From Tetramitus jugosus (lineage: Eukaryota > Protista > Heterolobosea), in contig OW569344.1 of the NCBI GenBank assembly GCA_937625935.1, forward strand, positions 248,001 to 312,000: a DNA stretch of 64,000 nucleotides, given 5' to 3'. Position 1 is the first letter of the stretch. Each line of letters opens with the position of its first letter. Under the pieces are notes generated by a model. It did no database searches. It was not told the origin of the DNA and saw only the letters and a program-made list of their open reading frames with translations. A program made the translations under genes and the position numbers. Positions 1 through 9,622 of this stretch are shown here, one piece after another.

Positions 1-75
1 ATCACTGACGCTCATAAGAGAAGATCACCTTCTCGCACGAAACGAAGGAATCCTCTAACTTCGCAGACTAGCTTG

Positions 76-1725
76 ATGGAGTTGAAGAGAAATGATAGCA
101 ATCTCTTGAATCTTGTTCGTTCATTAAGAGGTCCCGATTTTAACGATGATCTTGACACTACTGACGTATTCGATGATGGTACAGGCTTTATGTTTCTCTC
201 TGGTGAGGCCTATGAGGATTTTATGCAGCAGGAGCTAAAAACCCGATCAATGTCCTCTCCTGCAAAGCAAATTCCAGCTGAGACGATGGAATACTCTCCA
301 TCTGTCGCTCATAGAGCTTATTCCCGACCTGACTCAGCCTTAACTTTTATCAGTACGTTAGAACCTTTATCTGCACATCGAAGTTCGTCTCTGGATGAGA
401 TAAACGACGAGACAGTGTCACCCGAAAGGAAATTGACCTGTGTGGAAGAATTTTGCACGGATGTAATGTCATCATTCTATCAGAGAGGTTTGAACGAGAA
501 AGATTTGCATCAAATCGCGGATGTACGAATTACTGGGGTTGCCTTGGCTCGGATGATTTATGGACGAAAATCGTTGCAATTTGCCCACCAAATTGTTCAA
601 CTTGCTTCGGTTTATGTAAAAATGAATACTTATGAACAAGCAATGCCTCACCTGAGTAAAGCGCTCGAGCTTATTACAGATCACTTGGGAAAATCGAAGA
701 AGTCATACAACAATATAGCTCTATTTTCATCTGTGGATCCCAACAAACTCAAGGCTATGTTGAAAGAAGGCAAAAAGCTCTTGCCTATCTTGTTAACATC
801 ACTTGGAAGGTGTTATCTAGATATAGGAATGATTACAGATGCCAATACTTGCTTACAGGAAGCGTATCGTCAACATAAGCTGATATATGATGAGGATACA
901 TCGAAAGAAAATGAATTTGAGTACGACATACTCCTGAGTCTCAATGACTTGTACATGAAATTGGAGAAACCAGAGAAGGCAATGAAATGCCTCGAACAAG
1001 CATGGGAACTCAAAGAGGCACTAGTGGGAAGTGAACAACACCCAGATATTGCTAAAATATACAGGGAAATGGGAACTGTCCATTGGAAGTCTGGTTCCAA
1101 TGATGAGGCGATCTCTGCATTTACAAAATCTCAATCCATTTATACCTCTCTTGCAGGAGAAGTGAATGCAGCAAATGCAAGCATTGTAAGTTACTTTCTA
1201 GGAGTTGTTCATTACTCTTCTGGAAATCTAGACAGAGCACTTGGAGATTTAGAGATCTCCTTGAAAGGAGTTGAGGCTTTCTTTGGTCCACTACACAACA
1301 AAACCCTGCGAGTTTATCGGAAGTTAGCTGAGTTGGCTCTCGAGAAAGCCAAGATATGTTTAGCAGACAGGAACGTTCAACAGTTTAGAAGGGAAACAAC
1401 GAGGGAGACTGAATACAACGGAGATCAAAACGTCAATCTGCTAATCAAGAAGACAGTGTTCCTTTATCGAGAGTTACTGAAGCGGCAACTCGAATCATAC
1501 GGCGAAGAGAGCGAAAGTGTGGCAATGACCTACGAGATTCTTGGAGATGTTTATGCTCTGCAAGATGATCACCTGAAGGCAAGCTTGATGCTTAGGAAGG
1601 CGACAGAGATCATGACTGAGTTGTTTGGCGCAAATGATCGAAGGACGATGGCGGCATCCGACAAATACAACGAAGCCAACAGCGAGCTGTACAGTCAAGA
1701 GACCAACATTCTCTACGATGAGTAG
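76..1725 (+). CDS. Tetratricopeptide-repeat protein (TTC23/kinesin-light-chain-like TPR)
   Basis: 550-aa ORF (first ATG at 76) with repeated TPR-type helices such as 'HPDIAKIYREMGTVHWKSGSNDEAISAFTKS' and 'SVAMTYEILGDVY'. The 'VALARMIYG' segment resembles TTC23. Confidence 0.75.
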   Translation: MELKRNDSNLLNLVRSLRGPDFNDDLDTTDVFDDGTGFMFLSGEAYEDFMQQELKTRSMSSPAKQIPAETMEYSPSVAHRAYSRPDSALTFISTLEPLSAHRSSSLDEINDETVSPERKLTCVEEFCTDVMSSFYQRGLNEKDLHQIADVRITGVALARMIYGRKSLQFAHQIVQLASVYVKMNTYEQAMPHLSKALELITDHLGKSKKSYNNIALFSSVDPNKLKAMLKEGKKLLPILLTSLGRCYLDIGMITDANTCLQEAYRQHKLIYDEDTSKENEFEYDILLSLNDLYMKLEKPEKAMKCLEQAWELKEALVGSEQHPDIAKIYREMGTVHWKSGSNDEAISAFTKSQSIYTSLAGEVNAANASIVSYFLGVVHYSSGNLDRALGDLEISLKGVEAFFGPLHNKTLRVYRKLAELALEKAKICLADRNVQQFRRETTRETEYNGDQNVNLLIKKTVFLYRELLKRQLESYGEESESVAMTYEILGDVYALQDDHLKASLMLRKATEIMTELFGANDRRTMAASDKYNEANSELYSQETNILYDE

Positions 1726-1742
1726 CAGTAAATCATCTATGT

Positions 1743-3554
1743 TTATTTATTTTTCTTCTCAGTTCCCTTTGATGAAGAAGTGTTGGCGGTGATAGCTGAC
1801 TTGTTCTTCAACACTGGGTTGTTGACGTAGGTACGACCACTCTTTCCGAACACTGCCCACATGAGGTAAATAATGAACAGCCAGACAAACATGAGAATAT
1901 AGGCTAGATCGCCCAATACTTTGTAATCCTTGAATGGAGACTGTACATGCACATCAACTTGGTACTTGCCCAAGAACAAATTAATAGAGTCCAACTTTTG
2001 ACCATCAGAGAAATTGTTGAGGAAATATCTGGTGACAGAGTTGCTTCCATCATTGTACAATCCAACAAGTGTACGCTTGCCAGTACGTGTAATATCAGCC
2101 TTCAAAGCTCCGGTTCCAGCATACAGATTGCTCAGTACATCACCATTGTCGGCCCATGTGTTCCTGAACACCTTGTCCAACAATGGATGATCCTTGATTG
2201 ATTCGTTCTCATCAATACACTTCAACTGTCTCAATTGTTGAAGGAGTACGTGACTTGCAAAGACGCTCTCAGCGACATTTGTTCTGTCCAAGCAATCGAT
2301 GCAATTGACTCTAACAATACCATTTTGCTCAGATCGAACAGTTTCCTTCTTGGCATCGTACATGAAGAATCCCTGACTCTGAATATTCTTCTCAACCAAC
2401 GCCACCAACTCCTCAATCATCTTGTGACTCAATTTCTTGTGCTTTGCATGGAAATCGTAATGATTGTAATGTACATTCTTGTTGCTGTATTGTTCGGTAG
2501 TCTTTTGGAACATTTCAGCCAACACGTTCTCCGATCCCGTTGCCTTGACCAAATTCACAATCGTTACACTCTTGTAACGACCCAATAGCTCATCAAAGTG
2601 CTTCTTGAGTCCCTTGAAACTGTCCTTCTTCTCTGAAATCTTAATCTTTGGTTGATACTTGAGACATGGTTTCTGAGACCAGTGCACTGGAATACTGCCA
2701 CGGATTTGCACAAATGACAACCACTGTTGATTCTCCAATTCAACAATTTGCTCCGTTTCAGCATAATTGGCCGCATTTCCCTCCTGATCGATACCTCTGG
2801 TGAAATAACGTGTGCCCACTCGTTTGTGACTCAATCGACTCACCAATGCAAACTTGAATGATTTTCCATTGTTCAATGTCACATTCTTGATCTGAACAAA
2901 TCCACGAATGACTGGTACGATCCATTGATTCACAGCAGCAGCAGCAGCAGAATCCACTTGCTTGTTATTGTTGCTGCTTAATTGAACAAAATTGCGAGTC
3001 AAGGCTTGATTCCAGTGAAAGTGTTCATCCAAAGTGACATGTTGATTATTGCCCTTGTTCTTCTTGGTCAAGTTGATTTGCAGAGAACGAGTCAAATCAT
3101 ACGTATAACAAAAGTAGAAACTGCTCGTGTGATCCAATGCAGCATTCTCCACAACGAATTGAAGCATTTTCAAGTAACGTTGCTCATCTAATTCCATCAC
3201 TTGTTCATCTACATTTTTAATATTGTTGTTGTTATTGTTGGTGGAGATGGATTTCCATTGGACTTGAGTCACACGATAGACACGATGAGTGTCGAGCAGT
3301 GTACCCACACATTCAGCATCAGTGATCACAGCAACATACTTGTGTTTGAGCAGGGAGATGGTACCTAGGATACCGTACACTGGAATGGAGGTGGAGTCGT
3401 CAGAAGAAGCTTTTGATGTGTTGTTGATTGAAATTTGATTGTCACTAGAGCTAAAGTGAAGAGTAGTGTTGTTGCTGGTGTTGGTCAGAGTGAAGGATGA
3501 GTTGTCCTTGTGAGAGAATGTGTATGGAATAGTTTCTGCGGTGGTGGCTGTCAT
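1743..3554 (-). CDS. SAC1: SAC1 phosphoinositide (PI4P) phosphatase
   Basis: Syja_N motifs 'RVGTRYFTRGID' and 'QIRGSIPVHWSQ', catalytic CX5RT 'RVNCIDCLDRTNV', 'YAGTGALK', a C-terminal TM segment and a KKxx end. Confidence 0.95.
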   Translation of the reverse strand: MTATTAETIPYTFSHKDNSSFTLTNTSNNTTLHFSSSDNQISINNTSKASSDDSTSIPVYGILGTISLLKHKYVAVITDAECVGTLLDTHRVYRVTQVQWKSISTNNNNNNIKNVDEQVMELDEQRYLKMLQFVVENAALDHTSSFYFCYTYDLTRSLQINLTKKNKGNNQHVTLDEHFHWNQALTRNFVQLSSNNNKQVDSAAAAAVNQWIVPVIRGFVQIKNVTLNNGKSFKFALVSRLSHKRVGTRYFTRGIDQEGNAANYAETEQIVELENQQWLSFVQIRGSIPVHWSQKPCLKYQPKIKISEKKDSFKGLKKHFDELLGRYKSVTIVNLVKATGSENVLAEMFQKTTEQYSNKNVHYNHYDFHAKHKKLSHKMIEELVALVEKNIQSQGFFMYDAKKETVRSEQNGIVRVNCIDCLDRTNVAESVFASHVLLQQLRQLKCIDENESIKDHPLLDKVFRNTWADNGDVLSNLYAGTGALKADITRTGKRTLVGLYNDGSNSVTRYFLNNFSDGQKLDSINLFLGKYQVDVHVQSPFKDYKVLGDLAYILMFVWLFIIYLMWAVFGKSGRTYVNNPVLKNKSAITANTSSSKGTEKKNK

Positions 3555-3779
3555 GGTTATGTCTCTCGAGTTGTTGGCGTAGTTTTGTTATTGTGTTGTG
3601 TTGTTTCAAAAGCTTTTTCAGAAAGGGGGTTTTTTCCGTGTGTCTGTTTCTTTTTTGGTTCGAATTGTAAAGTTGTTCTCTGGAGGAATCTTCCGTGCTG
3701 ATGTGTTTGTTGTGGGATACATTATGGCGAATGTGAGTTATAAATTGGACATTCTTTATTGTAAAAGGGAGATCTAGGT

Positions 3780-4777
3780 TCACGATTGTTGTGCAAGTTT
3801 TTTGGATAACGCTGCCAATCGATTGGAACATTGAGAGATACCATCATGAGGATCAACCTCTAAACACCGTGCAAATGTCATATCGGGAGACGAGTTCATG
3901 CATTGCTTCACTTGATCTGAGCAGAGGTTCGCAACGAGACAATAAGCCATATCCGTATTCATCATACCATACCTCAGTACATTGTTCGCATTCGGTTGTT
4001 CAATCTCACCCAGATTCACAGGCAGCTTACACACTCCATTCTTCACATTTTGAATCTTCTTCATGCTCTCCGATTCCGGTTCATCATCCAACAGCTTATT
4101 TTTTGAACCGTGAACCATGATTGTAAAGTCTTGATAGGCACGATGTCGCTTTGCGATATCATTGGAGAGCTCAGCCGTTCTATCTTGAAGATCACGTATC
4201 GATTTTTCGTTTTCTGAAAAGCAGAATTGTGAAATGGACATGACATCTGCATTGTCCAACTCTGATGAGTGAATCGGTGTGCCATCAGAGTGCGATTGTC
4301 TCAACTTTTCAAACTCCTGAATCAAATCAGTGGGTGATTGTACATTGTTCCGCAGTAGACAGTTGTAAAATTCTTTGTCCATGTATGACATGTAGCATGT
4401 GGCAAAGTAAGACGATGTCCAATCATCACCACGCTCATCTGTCATGATCCGTTCAACCTCGGGTAATTGTCTCATTTGTTCAAAGTAGGCACAGGGACTC
4501 ATTTGCCGAATGGCTGATGTTCTCTCAAGGAATTGTTGATCACTGTGATGATATCATTGTTCATTCATTGTCATGACCGTTTGTGAGTTTATCGATCACA
4601 TGATCAATGTAAAATCATATAATTTTGATGTTTTGTTGTGGTTTCGTACAAACAAATGGTTGAGTTAGCTTTGAACAAGTTTGATGTTGTTTTTCGATTA
4701 ATCTACCAAACATACCTCCATTGATCTACAGTTCGTTTCGGTGGTAGATCATCCTCCAACACAAATGTATTGCCCAT
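3780..4777 (-). CDS. Hypothetical protein, 2 exons (4777-4716, 4542-3780), Cys-containing C-terminus
   Basis: Upstream exon MGNTFVLEDDLPPKRTVDQW splices via GTATGT...CAG (intron 4715-4543) in frame into the 240-aa ORF. The MG start may be myristoylated. Confidence 0.65.
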
Positions 4778-5049
4778 CTTCTTCTTTCTTAATTGAAGTT
4801 TTGCCAGTTTGGTTGCATGCAATTTTCTCCGTTCCGATGATTTTTGTCCGGAATGGTGTGTTATTTTTGGAACTTGTTCCGGTCCGGAAATCGATGGAAC
4901 AGCTACAGTTGGAACTCCTCAATTCCTTCTCAGGCTGTCTGGAGGTTTTTAATGCGCGCAGTTGCTACATTTCATTCCAACAAAAACAAACAACACTAAA
5001 TAGTACCTCCCTGATAATTATCTATCTGCTCCTTTAATTGCCCTGTAAT

Positions 5050-5973
5050 ATGTCCACCTTAACTACCAAGATTTATATCCGCCCTGGAAATGAAGTAAGA
5101 AGATTGGAACTGAACCCCGATGTCGATACACTCCAGTCTATCCAAGCCAAGTTGAAGGACGTCCATGAGACCTCACCTCTCCATAATACGACTAAGAATA
5201 TTGACTTCCTCATTCAATACTTGGATGACGAAAACGAGTGGATCACTGTCACTACAGAAGAAGAATGGAAAGTCGCATTGAAGGTGGGTGCTGCCCTAAC
5301 AATTGTAGATCCTAGAGCAATCTTGAGAATCAAATGCAATATTATCCGCAGATCTTTAACAAAGCCAGTCAGTGAACCACATCGTGCTTCTCCCCAACGT
5401 TTCCCTATCAACCGCCTTTTTGTTCCTCCACAACGAATTCAAGCAAGACCAGAGCGATGTCAAAGATTCCTCTCTCGCCCATGTCCTTTTGTTGGTCAAT
5501 GCCAGCAAACACCGAAAAAGGAATCATTTGACCTGGACAACTTAATCAATTCTGTCCTTGGAGCATTCTTTGTGGAATCTCAGGAAAAGAGGAACGAAGA
5601 ATCCTCCAACAAGGGAGAGAAGGTCGAAACTGAACAACACTCCAATTCCAAGACTCAAGAGAAAGCGGAAGTAGTTCCTGTCGAAGAGCCGAAGGAAGAA
5701 TCACTTCAAGAGTGTGAGCCTACCGAAGAAGAGCAGTTGGACGAAGATGCTCCGATTTTTGAAGGCATACCTGAGCAACAAGAAAGACAAGAAGAAGTAC
5801 AGAAGGAGAGCGAAACAATCACTGAGGATTACAAAGAACAAGAATTTGAGTATCCAGGGCAATTGGCTTCATTGATCGCTATGGGTTTTGCGAATGAAGA
5901 CTTCAATAAGTTTCTGTTGCGAAAGAACCATGGTGACATTACAAAGGTTGTAGCACAAATTTTAGAGTTGTAA
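5050..5973 (+). CDS. PB1-UBA protein, p62/SQSTM1/NBR1-like selective autophagy receptor
   Basis: N-terminal PB1 ('K...EVRR', OPCA 'YLDDENEWITVTTEEEW') and C-terminal UBA ('QLASLIAMGFANEDFNKFLLRKNHGDITKVVAQIL'), joined by an acidic linker. Confidence 0.8.
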   Translation: MSTLTTKIYIRPGNEVRRLELNPDVDTLQSIQAKLKDVHETSPLHNTTKNIDFLIQYLDDENEWITVTTEEEWKVALKVGAALTIVDPRAILRIKCNIIRRSLTKPVSEPHRASPQRFPINRLFVPPQRIQARPERCQRFLSRPCPFVGQCQQTPKKESFDLDNLINSVLGAFFVESQEKRNEESSNKGEKVETEQHSNSKTQEKAEVVPVEEPKEESLQECEPTEEEQLDEDAPIFEGIPEQQERQEEVQKESETITEDYKEQEFEYPGQLASLIAMGFANEDFNKFLLRKNHGDITKVVAQILEL

Positions 5974-6388
5974 ATATATTAAAGTTGTTATTACTAATTC
6001 TATTTCCTCTGGTGGTAAAAAGGACACTTTTACACATTGGTCACGTAGGTTTGACCTTTCTTGGCAGCTATTGACTTCTTCGTCCGGTTGAGAAAAAGTC
6101 CGTCAGTTACTTGTTCGATGGCATCGACCTCTATGCCCGTCATTACTTTTGTTTAGGAGCCGAGTGAACACTTTTTATAAACCACTTAGTAGGCGGAATT
6201 TGCTGTTCTCATTGAACATCCCTTCTTATAAGCAGGCATTATGAAGTATTGCTCCACATGACAGGAAAAGGCCCTGTCTGCGATATGTTGTTGAAAAAGG
6301 AAGTGAGAAACTCTGCGAGTTGTTTCATTGAATACTAGATCCATTTACCGTGAAAAACGAGGAAATAGCTCAATTTTTAATTTACAGT

Positions 6389-6508
6389 GTCTACGTTCAT
6401 ACAATGGTGGAACCACCTCTTCCCATTTCGAATAGAGAAGTTAAGCACCATCTGGCTGAGTTAGTATTGAGATAGGAGACTACTCGAGAACCCTCAGTAA
6501 TGTAGGCT
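6389..6508 (+). rRNA. 5S ribosomal RNA gene (single copy in window)
   Basis: About 120 nt, GTCTACGTTCATAC...GAAGTTAAGC...GTTAGTA...GGAGAC...GAGAAC...TGTAGGC. Terminal stem GTCTAC/GTAGGC, box A and box C-like elements, followed by TTTT. Colinear with the eukaryotic 5S consensus. Confidence 0.93.
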
Positions 6509-6520
6509 TTTGAAACTTTT
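6508..6520 (+). terminator. RNA polymerase III oligo-T terminator of the 5S gene
   Basis: TTTT immediately after the 5S 3' end and a second T-run just downstream (tttt gaaac ttttt). Confidence 0.7.
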
Positions 6521-6766
6521 TCATGGATAATCATTGGACCTTAATTTATTGTATCTGGTGTCTATCAAATTCTTCAACTCTCGAAAAAATAATTAGTGAC
6601 CCCAACTTCGCGAAAGTCACAAAAGGTTTGATTTCTCCATTCTCCGAAAAATAAAGACTCCGTAAGTCTTGACTCAAGCCTATGACAATTACTCGTGATG
6701 ATGATCATTAAAAAGGAGGTCGTGGGTTGATTCTCATTCAAAATTCTCATTCAAAACAACATAGAA

Positions 6767-7210
6767 ATGGCATCAAAGAAGTTACTCAGAGAAGTGAAAG
6801 AATTAGAGCAGGATATCACCTCAGGCTGCACTGCGGCACCCGTGAATGGAGACTTGTATCAATGGTCAGCCACAATGTTAGGCCCAGATGGAACTCCCTA
6901 CGAAGGAGGTGTATTCTTCCTAGCTATCCATATCCCTGTTGATTATCCCTTCAAGCCTCCTACCATTAAATTTACAACGAAAATTTACCATCCAAATATC
7001 AACTCCCAAGGAGCCATTTGTATAGATATCCTCAAGGCCTCATGGAGTCCAGCTCTATCTCTATCCAAGTTGTTGATATCGATTCGGTCCATGTTGAATG
7101 AACCCAATCCAGAGGATCCTCTTGTACCTGATATTGCCCAACAATTTGTCACCAATAGACAAAAGTATGATAGGACAGCACGAGAGTGGACGAGGAAGTA
7201 TGCCATGTAA
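6767..7210 (+). CDS. Ubiquitin-conjugating enzyme E2, UBC4/UBC5 (UBE2D) class
   Basis: 147 aa with 'TPYEGGVF', 'YPFKPP', 'HPNINSQGAIC' (active-site Cys), 'WSPAL' and 'AREWTRKYAM'. Confidence 0.95.
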   Translation: MASKKLLREVKELEQDITSGCTAAPVNGDLYQWSATMLGPDGTPYEGGVFFLAIHIPVDYPFKPPTIKFTTKIYHPNINSQGAICIDILKASWSPALSLSKLLISIRSMLNEPNPEDPLVPDIAQQFVTNRQKYDRTAREWTRKYAM

Positions 7211-7259
7211 CATGAATAAATAGAACTGAGCTAGTAATCCAAATTCATTCGTCTTTTAT

Positions 7260-9358
7260 TCAAGAAGATGTGGTCTTTGCCCAAGAGGGCATATGATGTT
7301 GTCGTATGCCAAGCGTTGCTCCTCCGGCAATATAGATCCACACAACAATAATCGAAGTCGAGAGAATATTCAGGAAGAAACCTAACTTGATCATATCGGC
7401 CATCTTCACATAACCATATGCAAATGCTATGGCATTTGGAGGAGTTCCAACTGGTGACATAAAGGCACAACTCGTACAAATTGTGGCAGGAACCATAAAA
7501 AATAATGGATTCTGGTTCACCTTTGGGTTCACTGCAAAGTTTGCAATAATGGGTAAAATGAGACTAGCTGTGGCCACATTGCTCGTCACCTCGGTTAAGA
7601 AAGTTATACTAATACAGAGAATAAATAATAAAACAATTGGAGGCAGAGAACCCATGGCAATGATAGACTCTGATACAAATTCTGAGAACTTGGAAACAGA
7701 GAAGGCTTTTGCGAGAGCTAAACCAGCACCAAATAAGAGCAGCAAGCTCCAGGGTAGCTTGTGAGTCGCTGTGTGCCAATCCATGATGAATTCCCCAGGA
7801 CGAGACTTGGAAGGAATGATGAACAACACGAGGGCAATAAACAGAGCGACCTAATAAAAATAAATGAGGTTAACACTCAAAGAAACTCCACAATTGAAAA
7901 GAATTAAGAAGGATTACTTACCGTAGCATCTGTCACGTACTTTTGTTTGCTCGAACGACCGAGAAACAATAGATTGGCCCATCCGATTTCTTCATTTGCA
8001 CTAATGGGCATCTGCCTCGTTATCCACAAGATGCACATTGTGCAAAAAGCCACTATGAGCACAATTTCTTCCATTTTGATAGGTCCCAGCTTATCGTATT
8101 CTGCCTGGAAACTCTCTTCCGCACTCATATGTTCCACTCCTTCTTCTTCATCTGACTTTTTGGTAGAGAACTGGTAGTTTCTAACAAATACTAGAAGCAA
8201 TAGGCCATATGTGATCAAGTTCAATATTCCAGACAGAGGAGCACTGTACAACATCCATCGAACAAACGAAAATTGACCAAACTTGGGAAATAGAGTAGAG
8301 AGAGTATTCACAAAGACTAGATTCGTGCCTGTTCCAGTTAGTGTCGAGAAGCCTCCAATGGAGCAGCTATATGCAATCCCAATCGTCACAGCCTTCGAGT
8401 ATCTTTGATCTGCTGGATTATCCTTGTCAAGATTGGATAAAATGGCGCTGGCCATTGGTAGTAACATGGCAGCTGTGCAAGTATTGGACAACCACATGGA
8501 GCAGAACCAGGCAATGCACATGAATCCCAATAGAACCAACTTTGGTCGCTTCACACCAAAAATCTTCAAGAGAAAGAAGAGTGCAAATCGTCGATGACAA
8601 TTCCATTTTTCCAAGCTGATGGCTACCAAGTAAGACCCCAGAAACAAAAACGTCAAGTCAGAGAAGTACGATGATGAAATGTCACTGGCCGGAGCCAATC
8701 CAATCACAGGGAACAAAATGACTGGTAAGAGGGACGTAATAGCTACGGGAACAGGTTCCAAAAACCACCAAAACGCCATCCATACTGTAACTGCAGCACA
8801 GTGAGACACTTCAGGATGACCTGGCCGCAAAATATCAAAATAGAATGGAATGGATACCAGAGGACCACTCAACAAGCTCAACAGATAGAGTATCGTCTTT
8901 TTTCGAGATGAAAATACATGTTGCTGCTGTTGTTGCTGAGTTTCTTGCCTCACTGGACCATCTCCATTTTCACTGGCTTCCTCATCAGTTGTACTCTTAT
9001 CATTACTCAATCGTTGTTTCACATGTTCATTCAACGCTAAATGTACAGGTGATACAGCAGATGGTTGTATGCGCTCATCGTCATCTTCCTCATCCTTATC
9101 AACATCATTCATGTGCTCCTGTAATTCAACTGAATGAATCCTATTATTATTTACATTAAGATCACTACCACCAACATCACTGTCAAGTAAATTGCTCTTT
9201 TCCTCATCATGACCGTTAGTTGTTGTTGTTGTTCGTTGCTGCGTGAGAACCTCTGAGAAAAAGGTGCTCGAGGAGGAGGTCCTTTTGTGTTGTCCATCAT
9301 CATCATCATGGGAATGAGGATAATGATGATTGGTACTGCTACTGGGTGACTCGATCAT
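7260..9358 (-). CDS. SLC13/DASS sodium:dicarboxylate or sulfate symporter, 2 exons (intron 7921-7851)
   Basis: 'SMWLSNTCTAAM', 'SIGGFSTLTGTGTN', 'TEVTSNVATA' and 'AFMSPVGTPPNAI' motifs. The GTAAGT...TAG intron joins the two ORFs as 'DAT|VALFIALVLFIIP'. Confidence 0.92.
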
Positions 9359-9622
9359 GCTTTGCTACACTTTTGATGTCAGACCAATATTTAAATTTAC
9401 AGATTTGATTTCCTTTCTGCTCTCCTGTTCAAACTTGTCGTCTCTTCTCCTTTTCTTCTCTCGTTTTTGCTCTTTCAGATTGATTGTTCTGATTCGGAAC
9501 AACCTCCCGATAAAAAAAACCATGAAACAAAAGCTTGACCTCGGAGTTTTTCACACAACTCCAAAACGCAGCAGAAAACAAACAAAGCATACAGAGTCAA
9601 TTCAAAATCATTACACACACAA

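Noticed and set aside
6090-6290. RNase P/MRP RNA (AAAAGTCC resembles the P4 5' strand)
   Set aside because: No complementary P4 3' strand or CR-V motif found downstream.
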